A stretch of DNA of 43,343 nt from Candidatus Parcubacteria bacterium. Its GTDB lineage: Bacteria; Patescibacteriota; Minisyncoccia; Phycocordibacterales; CAIJYI01. Of the stretch, positions 1 through 10,161 are shown one piece after another. Numbering within the stretch: position 1 is the stretch's first letter; the number at the start of each line of letters is the position of its first letter. The position numbers were made by a program, and so were the translations under genes. Under the pieces are notes generated by a model, which saw only the letters and a program-made list of their open reading frames with translations, did no database searches and was not told where the DNA came from. The DNA is taken from the NCBI GenBank assembly GCA_026395595.1, contig JAPLYL010000001.1, positions 72,174 through 115,516 on the forward strand, given 5' to 3'.

Positions 1-2039
1 TACGGTTTGTGACGGACGAGCTCGGTGATATTTCCCCCTTCTTCGTGACCGACATATCCGGGAGGAGAACCGATGATTTTTGAAACCGAGTGTTTCTCCA
101 TGTACTCGGACATGTCTATGCGAATGAGGGATTTCTCATCGTTGAACAAAAATTCAGCCACCGCTTTTGAGAGTTCAGTCTTTCCGACGCCGGTCGGACC
201 CAAGAACAAGAATGAACCGATTGGATGGTTCGGATCGGCGATGCCGACGCGAGAGCGTTTGATGGCATCGGAAATTTTTGTGATGGCGCTATTTTGTCCG
301 ACCACGCGCGCGCGAAGTTTCTCTTCAAGCATACCGAGTTTCGCGGCTTCTTCTTCCAGCATTTTTGAAACGGGGATCCCTGTCCATTTAGAAACTATAT
401 CGGCGATCTCGGCTTCGGTAATTTCTTCTTTCAAAATTCTCTGAGTGCTTTTCAGTTTTTTCAAACGAAGACTTTTGGCGGCAAGCTCTTTTTCGAGCGT
501 CGGAATTTTTCCATAACGGATTTCCGCAACCGTAGCCAAATCAGTGCGAGCTTCAGCGGTCTCCGCCTCAAGACGGAAAGCATCAAGCTGTTTCTTTATC
601 TCGCGGATAGCGGTAAGAATTTCTTTTTCATTCGTCCATCTCGTTTCAACATTGTGAGTTCTTTCCCGAAGATCGGCGATTTCTTTATCAATATCTTTCA
701 TGCGAGATTTTGCATTGTGTCCCTCTTGCGTGCCGGCTTCTTTCTTCAGCGCTTCTTTTTCAATCTCAAGGCGCATGATTTTACGATGGGCATCTTCAAG
801 AATCGCCGGTTTTGTTTCCAGAGAAATTTTCAGCATGGAAGCCGCTTCGTCTATGAGGTCAACGGCTTTGTCTGGTAAAAATCGGTCACTAATATAACGA
901 CCGCTCAAATTGACGGCGGAAATAATGGCATCATCGGTAATGCGCACTCCGTGATAGAGCTCGTATTTTTCTTTCAAACCACGAAGAATAGCGACCGCGT
1001 CCGGAATAGACGGTTCGTTCACTAAGACCGGTTGAAATCGACGAGTGAGCGCTGGGTCTTTTTCAATATGTTTTTGGTATTCTTTGAGTGTGGTTGCTCC
1101 GATAGCGCGAAGATCTCCGCGGGCGAGCGCGGGTTTCAGCATATTGGAAGCATCAAGAGAACCATCCGCTCCGCCGGCACCGACGATCATGTGTATTTCA
1201 TCAATAAAAAGAATAATCTTCCCTTCGGAATGTTCAATTTCTTTCATGATGGCTTTCAGTCTTTCTTCAAATTCTCCGCGGTATTTCGTACCGGCGACCA
1301 AAGAACCGATATCCAGAGAAACAAGTTCTTTGTCTTTGAGAGATTCAGGCACATCGCCTTTTGCCATGCGAATCGCAAGACCTTCAACAACGGCGGTTTT
1401 TCCCACGCCGGCTTCTCCGATGAGAATCGGATTGTTTTTGGTTCGGCGAGAAAGAATTTGCATGATGCGGGCAATTTCAACATCGCGACCAATGACCGGA
1501 TCAAGTTTATCTTCACTCGCGAGCTTGGTCAGGCTTCGCGTATAGCGTGAAAGCACTTTGGATTTTTTCGGAGCGCTGATATCGGTAATGTTTCCATTCT
1601 TAAATTCCTGCAAAATACGGAGCACTTCGTCTTTCGTAATTTTAAAACGAGCAAGAAGCTCGCGAGAAGTCTGAGAAATTTCTATAAGAGAAAGGAACAT
1701 GTGCTCGGTGGAAATGAAACTATCGTTCAAAGACTGAGAAACCTTGGCGGAATTTTCCAGAACATTGGCAATCTCCGGGGTCAGATACATCTGATACGAC
1801 GGAGACATGGTCGTGCCATTTTCATTCGTTTCAAGCACGGCAAGAAGAGAATCTATAAGAAGATTCTGATCGGTCTCCATTCTATCTAAAATGGCGATAA
1901 CAGGGCCTTCTTCCTGAAGAACGAGCGCGGCAAGAAGATGCAAAGAATCAACGTGGTTTTGCCCGCGTTCAATAGCCAATTCGTGAGCCCGACGAATAGC
2001 CTCTTTTGCTTTGGTGGTAAAATCTTTAAGTGGTGGCAT
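1..2039 (-). CDS. clpB: ATP-dependent chaperone ClpB (3' end runs off window)
   Basis: Not in ORF track; translated by hand from ATG 2039 ([22 protein letters not shown]). NBD1 Walker [16 protein letters not shown], coiled-coil middle domain, NBD2 [40 protein letters not shown]. Confidence 0.95.
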   Translation of the reverse strand, partial: MPPLKDFTTKAKEAIRRAHELAIERGQNHVDSLHLLAALVLQEEGPVIAILDRMETDQNLLIDSLLAVLETNENGTTMSPSYQMYLTPEIANVLENSAKVSQSLNDSFISTEHMFLSLIEISQTSRELLARFKITKDEVLRILQEFKNGNITDISAPKKSKVLSRYTRSLTKLASEDKLDPVIGRDVEIARIMQILSRRTKNNPILIGEAGVGKTAVVEGLAIRMAKGDVPESLKDKELVSLDIGSLVAGTKYRGEFEERLKAIMKEIEHSEGKIILFIDEIHMIVGAGGADGSLDASNMLKPALARGDLRAIGATTLKEYQKHIEKDPALTRRFQPVLVNEPSIPDAVAILRGLKEKYELYHGVRITDDAIISAVNLSGRYISDRFLPDKAVDLIDEAASMLKISLETKPAILEDAHRKIMRLEIEKEALKKEAGTQEGHNAKSRMKDIDKEIADLRERTHNVETRWTNEKEILTAIREIKKQLDAFRLEAETAEARTDLATVAEIRYGKIPTLEKELAAKSLRLKKLKSTQRILKEEITEAEIADIVSKWTGIPVSKMLEEEAAKLGMLEEKLRARVVGQNSAITKISDAIKRSRVGIADPNHPIGSFLFLGPTGVGKTELSKAVAEFLFNDEKSLIRIDMSEYMEKHSVSKIIGSPPGYVGHEEGGNITELVRHKP

Positions 2040-2113
2040 ATATATTTAGATAAAAAAGAAAAACCAATGATTGATTTTTCTTTTGTTTATGATACAAGAG
2101 TTGAGAAAGATTG

Positions 2114-2977
2114 TCAAACACCCGGCAAAGCCTCTATGGCCGCAGCCTGAGAGGCCGTCGGCTTGTCGGTTTTTGGCTTTTTATACTCATTTATGGCGCT
2201 TTGAATATGAGAAGAAGAAAGCGAAAAATCTTTCCCTTCTGATGAAACCATGTTGATTCCGATGACTTTTCCGTCAATTCCGAACATCGGGCCTCCACGG
2301 TCGGAAAGAGATAAAGAAATAGAATTCATAATCCGAGTAATGGGATTCTCTTTATCTTGAGATTTCACAACTTCCGAAACAATTCCTTGAGAAACCGTCC
2401 CGGCGCTTTTTCCTCCGAGAGAAAGCACGGTTTGTCCGAGTTTCGGATCAGTGAGTGCCAGCGGTGCTCCGCGAAGAGTAACGAGTTTTTTATCATCAAA
2501 TAATTCCAAAAGAGCCATGCCGGTTTTTTCGTCAACAAAAACTTTTTTACCCGTGTAAGTTTTTCCGCCAAGAAGAGTAACGGAAAATTCATTCCATTCA
2601 CCCAAGACGCCGGCATCGGTAGCGACCACGTTACCCCCGTCAGCAAGAAATCCTATCCCGCGTTTTTCTCCCTCGTTCGTTTCCGTTTTCGGAGTGGAAA
2701 TACTCACCATGAAGGCAAGGTTATTCTGAACAGAAGCAACGATTTGATCATTCTCTGTCAGAGAAGAAACAGGAGTGGGGACTCTGGTAACAGACGGCGT
2801 CGTTGTTCCCGTAACGACTCGTTCTATTGTCTTTTCCACAATACGATTGAAGGTTTGAGAAATAATAGGGGTCGTGTCGGTAAGCATGGATACGATAACA
2901 ATACTCGTTGCTGTAGAAGCAACGAAGCTTACCAAAAGGTTCAAAAGCACCATTTGTTGTTTTGTGAGATCTTCCAT
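2114..2977 (-). CDS. Membrane-anchored trypsin-like (S1C/HtrA-like) protease-fold protein, catalytic triad apparently lost
   Basis: N-terminal TM; GIGFL..VVATD..V, ALL, GQTVLSLG, GGPMFGIDGKVIGIN match the HtrA fold. Start set at MEDLTKQQ (TATTAT 6 nt upstream). Confidence 0.75.
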   Translation of the reverse strand: MEDLTKQQMVLLNLLVSFVASTATSIVIVSMLTDTTPIISQTFNRIVEKTIERVVTGTTTPSVTRVPTPVSSLTENDQIVASVQNNLAFMVSISTPKTETNEGEKRGIGFLADGGNVVATDAGVLGEWNEFSVTLLGGKTYTGKKVFVDEKTGMALLELFDDKKLVTLRGAPLALTDPKLGQTVLSLGGKSAGTVSQGIVSEVVKSQDKENPITRIMNSISLSLSDRGGPMFGIDGKVIGINMVSSEGKDFSLSSSHIQSAINEYKKPKTDKPTASQAAAIEALPGV

Positions 2978-3018
2978 AGTTCTATAATACCAAGAAAAAG
3001 AAAGAAAGTTAATAAGAA

Positions 3019-3049
3019 AAATCGCCGGACAACATTTGTCCGGCGATTT
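3019..3049 (-). terminator. Intrinsic terminator-like hairpin
   Basis: AAATCGCCGGACAA-cat-TTGTCCGGCGATTT, directly after the stop of the 3059-3496 gene. Confidence 0.6.
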
Positions 3050-3058
3050 GATTGTCAA

Positions 3059-3496
3059 TTACGATAATCCTAACGTCTTTGATTGTTCTTGAGTAATGAC
3101 GCGAACGCCCTGTTTGATGAGAATATCTTTCAAGAGCGCCACTTGGCTTTCAAGATGCGCAATCTTTTTATCTTTGCGAGCGCGATGTTCTTTTTCACTT
3201 TCGTAAAGAAACAACGCCCATGCTTCAAGATCGTAGATATATGCAGTATCGCCACCATCGCGAGACAAAACAAAGCGCTCGCCACTGTTGTCCATTAAGA
3301 CGTATGAATAATTCCAATTATCCACGAACGTTTTTTCAATGATGGCAAAAACCGTTCTTGAAGGATATTTTGCCAGCGGAGAAATTGAATCTTTTGAAAA
3401 ACATACATTATCAAGAATAACCCGCCTCCCGACCACACCTTTTCCATACAGAGCATCCAGTCTGACTGTTTCTCCATCTTTATAATACTCTAACAT
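3059..3496 (-). CDS. Hypothetical protein with C-terminal coiled coil (145 aa)
   Basis: ORF; start moved to MLEYYKDG because AGAGGAG lies about 6 nt upstream. Confidence 0.7.
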   Translation of the reverse strand: MLEYYKDGETVRLDALYGKGVVGRRVILDNVCFSKDSISPLAKYPSRTVFAIIEKTFVDNWNYSYVLMDNSGERFVLSRDGGDTAYIYDLEAWALFLYESEKEHRARKDKKIAHLESQVALLKDILIKQGVRVITQEQSKTLGLS

Positions 3497-3650
3497 TTTG
3501 TTCTCCTCTTCCGTCCGCGGTTTGGATTCGCCTACCATTAAAAAACGGGGCTTCCCGCAGACAAAGTTTTCATGCGAAACCTGCACAGGGTATAACGTAT
3601 AAAGCAAATTCAAAGAACTCTGCTTACCATAACAAAATAACAGAATGTAT

Positions 3651-4223
3651 TTAGTTTGTCAACCTCCCTTCCACTGTTTTCCAATCAATCGCGTCCCAAA
3701 AGGCTTTGAGGTAATCGGCTCGTTTCAAACCGTAATCAACCATAAAGGCGTGTTCAAAAACGTCCAGGACCAGCAACGGAACGGTTCCAATTAAAAGCCC
3801 GACATCGTGTTCGTTTATCCACGCATTGAAGAGTCTTCCCTCTTTTTTATCGTAGGCAAGAATAACCCAGCCGATACCGCGCATGGTGCCGGTCGCGAGA
3901 AAATCTTTTTTCCAGTTCTCAAACGAACCGAATCGTTCGGTTATTTTTTGATAAAATTCAGAATTGCCGTTTATAGCGAGGGCGTCTTTCTTCATGTTAT
4001 CAAAATAAAGTTCATGCAGATGCATGCCGTTCCATTCCCACGCAAAACGCCGTTTCGTTTCGGCATATTCAATGGAACCCGCTTCAACCGTTTCCGATTT
4101 TTCGGCAAATTTATTCACGTTCGCGACATATCCCTGATACAGCGTAAAATGATTTTTCAGCAGCGTCTCGCTGAACCCGGCAAGTCCGATCAAATGATCA
4201 TATTTTTTTGCTTCGTAAGCCAT
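3651..4223 (-). CDS. sodB: Fe/Mn superoxide dismutase
   Basis: NHFTLYQGY, NGMHLHELYF, FGSFENWK, GIGWV, DVFEHAF..DY motifs; metal specificity not determined. Confidence 0.9.
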   Translation of the reverse strand: MAYEAKKYDHLIGLAGFSETLLKNHFTLYQGYVANVNKFAEKSETVEAGSIEYAETKRRFAWEWNGMHLHELYFDNMKKDALAINGNSEFYQKITERFGSFENWKKDFLATGTMRGIGWVILAYDKKEGRLFNAWINEHDVGLLIGTVPLLVLDVFEHAFMVDYGLKRADYLKAFWDAIDWKTVEGRLTN

Positions 4224-4340
4224 AGTACTAATGGATTAAATTTTTAATCCTTATAGTATAGCACAAAAAAAAACAAGCTTACGTCCATGTTGTAAATTCT
4301 AGCATATGCTAGAATTTACAACATGGTTTCCCTTCATAAT

Positions 4341-5498
4341 CTATCTTGTTATTTTTAGGATTTTTGAGAGTTCGTTCACCGTACAAAAGAGGTCTTCTTT
4401 TTTTGTGTCGCGACCGAGAGTAAAACGCAAAGAGCTTGCGGATCGGTTTCTTCCGAAGCCGAGGGCTTCTATGACATGCGAAACTTTTCCGTCATGACTG
4501 ATATTAGCACAGGCGGAACCGGTGGAGCAGGAGATACCACGAGCATCTAACTGAATAACGAGCGCTTCGGCATCGGTTCCCGGAATGGAAATGTTGACGT
4601 TGTTCGGCAATCTTTTTTCTGCGCTTCCGTTTAAAACAGTTCCCGGAATTTTTTTCAAGATTTCGGCAATGAAGAAATCGCGAAGTTTTAGCAATCGCGC
4701 TGATTCTTTTTCTTTCATTTCTTCCGTGATTCTCATCGCTTCCGCAAATCCTTTCAAACCGGCGACATTTTCCGTTCCACTTCTCGCTCCTTTTTCTTGT
4801 CCTCCACCGAAAAGTATCGGGGAAATTTTTACTCCTCTTTTTACAAACAAAGCGCCGACGCCTTTCGGACCATATATTTTTGAAGCATTGAAGGTCATGA
4901 GGTCAACACCAAGCCGAAGAACGTTCATATCCAAATAATTTACGGCTTGGCACGCATCCGTATGAAAAATCGGTTTGCTTTTTGAATGGCGGATGACTTT
5001 CGCGATTTCCGCTATCGGCTGTATCGTGCCAATTTCGTTATTCGCATACATGACGGAAACTAAAACCGTGTTTTCTTTGATGGCTTCTTTTACGTCTTTC
5101 GGAGAAACCAATCCGTCGCTATCAACAGGAAGATAGGTAACTTCCGCTCCGCGTTTTTCCAGTTCGCGTGCGCATTCCAAAACGGAAGCATGTTCAATGG
5201 AAGAAACGATGAGGTGAAATTTTTTCGGATCTTGCACGACGCCAAAAAGAGCAAGATTGTTGGATTCCGTTCCTCCGCTCGTAAAGATGATTTCGTCGGG
5301 ATTGGCGCCTATCGCTTCCGCAATATCTTTTCTTATTTCCAAAAGAGCCTTCTTCGCTTCCACTCCTTCTTTATGGAGGGAACTCGGATTGCCGTATATT
5401 TCTGAACTAATCTTTTGCACAACAGAAAGAACCCGCTTGTCCAGAGGCGTCGTCGCGGAATGGTCTAAATATATGCATTTTGATTTTGAGCTTGACAT
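4341..5498 (-). CDS. iscS: Cysteine desulfurase (IscS/NifS family)
   Basis: IYLDHSATTP, FTSGGTESNN, HTDACQ, ASKIYGPKG, RSGTEN, STGSAC. Confidence 0.93.
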   Translation of the reverse strand: MSSSKSKCIYLDHSATTPLDKRVLSVVQKISSEIYGNPSSLHKEGVEAKKALLEIRKDIAEAIGANPDEIIFTSGGTESNNLALFGVVQDPKKFHLIVSSIEHASVLECARELEKRGAEVTYLPVDSDGLVSPKDVKEAIKENTVLVSVMYANNEIGTIQPIAEIAKVIRHSKSKPIFHTDACQAVNYLDMNVLRLGVDLMTFNASKIYGPKGVGALFVKRGVKISPILFGGGQEKGARSGTENVAGLKGFAEAMRITEEMKEKESARLLKLRDFFIAEILKKIPGTVLNGSAEKRLPNNVNISIPGTDAEALVIQLDARGISCSTGSACANISHDGKVSHVIEALGFGRNRSASSLRFTLGRDTKKEDLFCTVNELSKILKITR

Positions 5499-5520
5499 TT
5501 TAGTCAGTATAGTATATACT
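5492..5520 (+). promoter_or_regulatory. Sigma70-type promoter for the 5558 ORF
   Basis: TTGACA-17 nt-TATACT, overlapping the iscS start divergently. Confidence 0.65.
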
Positions 5521-5557
5521 ATTTCCAGTATTTGTCCAACAAAAAAGGAGTCACCCT

Positions 5558-5779
5558 ATGAACGCAGCACTCGCCTTTGTCATTTATTTTTTTATTTCCT
5601 CAATTGTTTTGATTATAACCGACTGTTTTACCGGGTACCGAGACGCTCTCGCCGCCCAAAATATCAGCATAGTGAAAAAGATAATTCATGGAACAGTATA
5701 CATGATCTCCGGTGCGGTTCTGATGTGTTTAATGCTCTACTATGGTCTAACGGATTTGGTGATTAAAATGCTTACGTAA
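5558..5779 (+). CDS. Small two-TM membrane protein
   Basis: AAGGAG SD, two hydrophobic segments, hairpin AGCACCG-caaca-CGGTGCT downstream. Confidence 0.7.
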   Translation: MNAALAFVIYFFISSIVLIITDCFTGYRDALAAQNISIVKKIIHGTVYMISGAVLMCLMLYYGLTDLVIKMLT

Positions 5780-5925
5780 TCAATCAGGATTTATCCGCCT
5801 CACAGCACCGCAACACGGTGCTGCTTTTGTATATATTGACTTTTTGTTAATCATGTTATATATTCAAGGTTGGTTCTATTACACCAATTGTTCTAGAAAA
5901 TTTATCATAATACACAATTAAGGAG

Positions 5926-6507
5926 TTGGCAATGACACCAACCAAAGATAGTCACACGATAAAAGCCGTATTGATACGGATAAGAAACAAAACCCCTGAA
6001 CTGCTGCTCTTGGAGCACAAGGTTCGGGAGGATACCGCCCCGCAAAAAAGAGGCGGAAAGTTCAAAGAATGGAGGCGTTGGGGTTTACCGGGCGGAAAAG
6101 TTGAACTCAATGAAAACCTACTTACGACGCTTATACGCGAGACATGGGAAGAAATACATCTTCGTCTGTCTGCGGAAATGTTCAAAGAAGAACACATTGT
6201 TCATTGTCCGATAAAACCATCACTTCGGGCCGGTTATGACACCCATCAAGATCATTATATGTTCGCCATTCTTCCTCAAGAAACGGAGATAGAAGAAATA
6301 GAGAGCGATAACGATGAAATTGTCCGTGGACAGTTCTTCCCTCTTGATAAGATACCCACACCGGATGACGCGCTTCCTTTTACCAGAAATCAGCTTCGCG
6401 GGCTTGTGGAAATGCTGCGTCATTTAATCGGAAAGGTGGAAGATGCCGATAAGTGGTCGGCGACCGTTGAGAAATGGGCGTACCCATACCTCACGACAAG
6501 AAAATAG
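5926..6507 (+). CDS. NUDIX hydrolase
   Basis: Nudix box GGKVELNENLLTTLIRETWEEIHL preceded by WGLP; AAGGAG upstream (start may be ATG 5932). Confidence 0.88.
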   Translation: MAMTPTKDSHTIKAVLIRIRNKTPELLLLEHKVREDTAPQKRGGKFKEWRRWGLPGGKVELNENLLTTLIRETWEEIHLRLSAEMFKEEHIVHCPIKPSLRAGYDTHQDHYMFAILPQETEIEEIESDNDEIVRGQFFPLDKIPTPDDALPFTRNQLRGLVEMLRHLIGKVEDADKWSATVEKWAYPYLTTRK

Positions 6508-6517
6508 TTTCAGAAGT

Positions 6518-6547
6518 CACGGCCTCGTAAAGAGGCCGTGTTTTTTT
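6518..6547 (+). terminator. Intrinsic terminator
   Basis: CACGGCCTC-gtaaa-GAGGCCGTG followed by T7. Confidence 0.75.
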
Positions 6548-6583
6548 GCATATTTCCTATTATTGTTATATAATTGCCCGCAT

Positions 6584-7042
6584 ATGGATACCACTTCTCT
6601 TCTCTATGTTTTTATCGTGCTCGCCGTAGTCCTTACTGTCTGGGTCATTCGCCTGGAAATAAAAATGAGTCGATTATTGGCCGGTCAAGACGGTAAAAGT
6701 CTGGAAACAAGTATTGTGACCCTTATTGGAAAAGTAGGAAAACTTGAAGGCGCCAGTATTGACGCGCATGCCAAAATAGCCGCTCTTCGCGCTCACTTGA
6801 GAAAAAGCATCCAAAGAGTGGAAACGATACGGTTCAATCCATTTAAAGGAACCGGTTCGGGGGGAAACCAAAGTTTTGTCACTTCTTTTTCTGATGAAGA
6901 CGGAAACGGCGTGGTCATATCAGGACTCTATGCGCGCGACGGAGTAAGCGTCTACGCCAAGCCGATTAGCAAATTCGCATCAGAATACAATCTTTCAGAA
7001 GAAGAGAAAGAAATAATAGAAAAATTAAAACAAAGAAGTTAA
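6584..7042 (+). CDS. DUF4446 family membrane-anchored protein
   Basis: N-terminal TM, coiled coil, IRFNPFK..GGNQSF....DEDGNGVVISGLYARDGVSVYAKPI, LSEEEKE. Confidence 0.8.
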   Translation: MDTTSLLYVFIVLAVVLTVWVIRLEIKMSRLLAGQDGKSLETSIVTLIGKVGKLEGASIDAHAKIAALRAHLRKSIQRVETIRFNPFKGTGSGGNQSFVTSFSDEDGNGVVISGLYARDGVSVYAKPISKFASEYNLSEEEKEIIEKLKQRS

Positions 7043-7047
7043 GAACA

Positions 7048-7095
7048 AAAATTTGGCGGTGAGACCGCTTGCGAGCGGACTCACCGCCAAATTTT
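7048..7095. terminator. Long hairpin (about 21-bp stem, UGCG loop) between the DUF4446 gene and infB
   Basis: AAAATTTGGCGGTGAG a CCGCT tgcg AGCGG a CTCACCGCCAAATTTT. Confidence 0.55.
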
Positions 7096-7123
7096 CGTCC
7101 TTGACCTTCCAATAAAAAATACA

Positions 7124-8659
7124 ATGCTACACATAACCAACAAAAAACCCGCCCCTATTTCCACTATCATGTCCCGTCCGCCTATCGTTACAGTCATGGG
7201 ACATATTGACCACGGAAAATCCACGCTTCTTGATTACATCAGGAAAGCAAATGTTGTTGGGGGAGAAGTCGGCGGTATTACGCAAAGACTTACCGCTTAT
7301 GAAGCTACTCATACGAATGAAAAAGGAGAAGTAAAAAAAATAACGTTCTTGGACACTCCCGGACATGAAGCATTTTCAAAGATGCGTTCCAATAGCGCCG
7401 TCGCTGCCGATATTGCTATTCTCATTGTTTCCGCCGAAGACGGAGTCAAAGCGCAAACCATTGAAGCATTCAAGGCGATAGACAGTTCAGGTATCCCGTT
7501 TGTCGTCGCTATCAATAAAATTGACCGCCCGAATGCCGACGTTGAACGAACCAAACAAACCCTCACCGAAAACGAAATATATCTGGAAGGATTCGGAGGA
7601 AATATCCCTTGGGTTCCCATTTCCGCAAAAACAGGCGAAGGTGTCCCAGAACTCCTTGAGATGGTTCTTCTTATCGCAGAAATGGAAGACTTAAAAGGAG
7701 ATACTTCTCTCAAAGCAGAAGGAGTCGTCCTTGAATCTCATGTAGATGCCAAAAACGGAGTTACCGCGACTCTCCTTATTAAAGACGGCGTTTTGAAAAA
7801 AGGTATGTATGTTACGTCACGCGGAGACATCGCGCCCGTCCGATCCATTGAAAACTTCCTCGGAAAAAAGATAGACCAAGCACAGTTCTCTATGCCCGTC
7901 AGTATCTCAGGATGGAGCGATCTTCCAAAATCAGGATCCGGTTTTAATTCCTTCCTTTCAAAAACAGAGGCAAAAAAGTGGGTAGATGAATTCCGCGAAG
8001 CCAGCCGAGAAGATACTAAAAATCACAAAGTGAACGAAGGAGCAAAGGCTGGTGTTCTCCGTATACCGGTTATCATCAAGGCCGAGGCCCTCGGAGCGAT
8101 TGATGCTATCTTGCACGAAATTAAAAAAATACAAGTTGAAAACGTTGAAATAAAAATACTGGGAGCAAGCGGAGGTTCCATTACGGAGAATGACGTAAAA
8201 TTGGCATCAAGCGACGGACACGGCATTGTTCTCGGCTTCGGAGTGGAAGCAGACGCAAGCGCCCGATCATCAGCAGAACGTTTTTCCGTAACCATTGCCA
8301 CTTTTGATATTATTTACAAAATGACAGAATGGTTAGCTGAAGAAATGGAAAAGAGGCGCCCAAGACAAGAAGTGGAAGAAAGAATGGGCGCCGCAAAAAT
8401 TATTCGCATCTTCAATACCGAGAAAAATTCTCGCGTCGTCGGAGGAAAAGTTACCGAGGGAGTTATCAATGTCGGAGACAATGTAAAAATAATGCGAAGA
8501 GATTTTGAAATCGGAAGAGGAAAAGTCATAGAACTCCAGCAGCAAAAATTAAAGTCCAAACAAGTAACCGAAGGACTGGAGTTCGGAGCAAAAATAGATT
8601 CCAAACAAGAGATAGCACAAGGAGATGTATTGGAAGCATTTGAAGTGGTGAGAAAGTAA
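7124..8659 (+). CDS. infB: Translation initiation factor IF-2 (short form lacking the long N-domain)
   Basis: RPPIVTVMGHIDHGKSTLLD, GGITQ, FLDTPGHEAF, NKID. Start may be ATG 7169. Confidence 0.96.
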   Translation: MLHITNKKPAPISTIMSRPPIVTVMGHIDHGKSTLLDYIRKANVVGGEVGGITQRLTAYEATHTNEKGEVKKITFLDTPGHEAFSKMRSNSAVAADIAILIVSAEDGVKAQTIEAFKAIDSSGIPFVVAINKIDRPNADVERTKQTLTENEIYLEGFGGNIPWVPISAKTGEGVPELLEMVLLIAEMEDLKGDTSLKAEGVVLESHVDAKNGVTATLLIKDGVLKKGMYVTSRGDIAPVRSIENFLGKKIDQAQFSMPVSISGWSDLPKSGSGFNSFLSKTEAKKWVDEFREASREDTKNHKVNEGAKAGVLRIPVIIKAEALGAIDAILHEIKKIQVENVEIKILGASGGSITENDVKLASSDGHGIVLGFGVEADASARSSAERFSVTIATFDIIYKMTEWLAEEMEKRRPRQEVEERMGAAKIIRIFNTEKNSRVVGGKVTEGVINVGDNVKIMRRDFEIGRGKVIELQQQKLKSKQVTEGLEFGAKIDSKQEIAQGDVLEAFEVVRK

Positions 8660-8750
8660 TAACGAATAGAAAAATAGAATAATAAGAAAATAGAAAGATT
8701 ATGACGACGACAAAATTTTTTCTATTTTATTATTTACATATTTTAATATA

Positions 8751-9074
8751 ATGCCTAATTACGAAGAAAAAGCAGGAAATCTTTTCAGAAGACTCGCAGG
8801 AGAATTTATCGCCAGAGAATCTAACCGCACGACAATGATAACCGTGACAAATGTTCTGGTACGAGAAAATGGACGCGAACTGACCGTATTTGTTACGGTT
8901 TTTCCCGACGCAGAAGAAGAAACGGCTCTTTCTTTCTTGAAGAGAAAAAGAAGTGATTTTCGCGAATATGTCAAAAAGAACACGCGTATCAAAACCATTC
9001 CCGTGGTAGATTTTGAAATAGACAAAGGAGAGAAACATAGACAAAGAATTGACGAGATTTCGCAAGGGATATAG
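8751..9074 (+). CDS. rbfA: Ribosome-binding factor A
   Basis: Follows infB; ITVTNV..., IKTIPVVDFEIDKGEKHRQRIDE. Confidence 0.85.
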   Translation: MPNYEEKAGNLFRRLAGEFIARESNRTTMITVTNVLVRENGRELTVFVTVFPDAEEETALSFLKRKRSDFREYVKKNTRIKTIPVVDFEIDKGEKHRQRIDEISQGI

Positions 9075-9093
9075 TATAGATGAGAGAGAAACC

Positions 9094-9165
9094 GGCCTGG
9101 TAGCCAAGTGGTAAGGCGAAGCTCTGCAAAAGCTTTATGCGGGAGTTCAATTCTCCCCCAGGCCT
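9094..9165 (+). tRNA. tRNA-Cys(GCA)
   Basis: GGCCTGG/CCAGGCC acceptor, AAGCT-CTGCAAA-AGCTT anticodon arm, U73. Confidence 0.95.
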
Positions 9166-9275
9166 CAAAGTAAGTTAAAAATGAAAAATTAAAAAACCAG
9201 AACAGAACATTGGTAATTTTAATTTTTTCTTGTTATTTTTATTTTTTCGTTTTTCCTTTTTCACTTACAAAATAA

Positions 9276-9359
9276 GCCTGAGTGTTGAAATTGGTATACA
9301 AGCGACACTTAAAATGTCGTGGGCGTAAGCTCATGTGGGTTCGACTCCCACCTCAGGCA
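9276..9359 (+). tRNA. tRNA-Leu(TAA)
   Basis: GCCTGAG/CTCAGGC acceptor, CGACA-CTTAAAA-TGTCG anticodon arm, long variable arm, GGTTCGACTCC. Confidence 0.95.
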
Positions 9360-9367
9360 CAAAAAAT

Positions 9368-9850
9368 ATGGAATATTTTTTAGCAAAAAATACAGAAGAA
9401 GACTTTCAGGGACTTTTCAAATTAGAGGAAGAGTCTGACCTGTACCATGTTGATATTAATGAGGGAACACCCTTTATCCGAGTTCCTTTTGTTGAACAAT
9501 CAAAAAAAGACTACCGCAAGGATTTTTCGGATAATTTTAAAAATAACCATTATCTGCTCTTTGCAAAAGACGATCACGAATATGTAGGTTGCATCTCGGG
9601 ATATATTGAAGAACTTCCGCAGGCATATCAATCTCGAAATATTGGATATCTGGACGATATTATCGTTGCAAAAAAACATCGAGGACAAGGTATCAGTTCT
9701 GAAATGCGAGATTTATTTTTTGAGTGGCTCAGATCAAAAAATGTATCTTATTGCACTCTTGATGTAAAGATAAAAAATACTGATGCTGTTGAAATATACA
9801 AAAAATGGGGTTTTAAAACTGATGCATTGCATATGTGGAAGAAAATTTAA
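9368..9850 (+). CDS. GNAT family N-acetyltransferase
   Basis: GYLDDIIVAKKHRGQGIS and N..AVEIYKKWGF; ORF-track start (9335) lies inside tRNA-Leu so start moved to 9368. Confidence 0.88.
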   Translation: MEYFLAKNTEEDFQGLFKLEEESDLYHVDINEGTPFIRVPFVEQSKKDYRKDFSDNFKNNHYLLFAKDDHEYVGCISGYIEELPQAYQSRNIGYLDDIIVAKKHRGQGISSEMRDLFFEWLRSKNVSYCTLDVKIKNTDAVEIYKKWGFKTDALHMWKKI

Positions 9851-9910
9851 CCCTTTGTTTTCTTTTCTTGATATGCTATAGTTTCAAATACAAACGAAGC
9901 GTCAGCGCTT

Positions 9911-9984
9911 CGGGATGTAGTATACCGGTAGTACATACGATTCGGGTTCGTATAGACCGGGTTCGATTCCCGGCATCCCGACCA
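9911..9984 (+). tRNA. tRNA-Pro(CGG), CCA encoded
   Basis: CGGGATG/CATCCCG acceptor, TACGA-TTCGGGT-TCGTA anticodon arm, GGTTCGATTCC. Confidence 0.95.
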
Positions 9985-10161
9985 TATTAAAATAACCTTC
10001 AATTGCGAAGGTTATTTTAATATGGTCGGGATGAGCGAGTGACCTGCGTCACTCGCGTCCGGGAATCGAAGATGTTGAGTCTGTCGCAGTGAGCCGGTGA
10101 GGCGAAACGAGACGAGAAACATGTACCGTCCATGTAATGGAAGATATCCCGGCATCCCGAC
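9974..10161. repeat. tRNA-Pro-linked repeat: inverted copy of the tRNA 3' half plus direct copy of the 3' end
   Basis: 27-bp perfect IR 9974-10000/10007-10033; 10059-10070 is the reverse complement of 9962-9973; TCCCGGCATCCCGAC occurs at 9968-9982 and 10147-10161. Confidence 0.85.

Noticed and set aside
73-2256. Many + strand ORFs (73..444, 1032..1550, 1045..1545 etc.)
   Set aside because: Antisense shadows of clpB, which the ORF track missed because it runs off the window.
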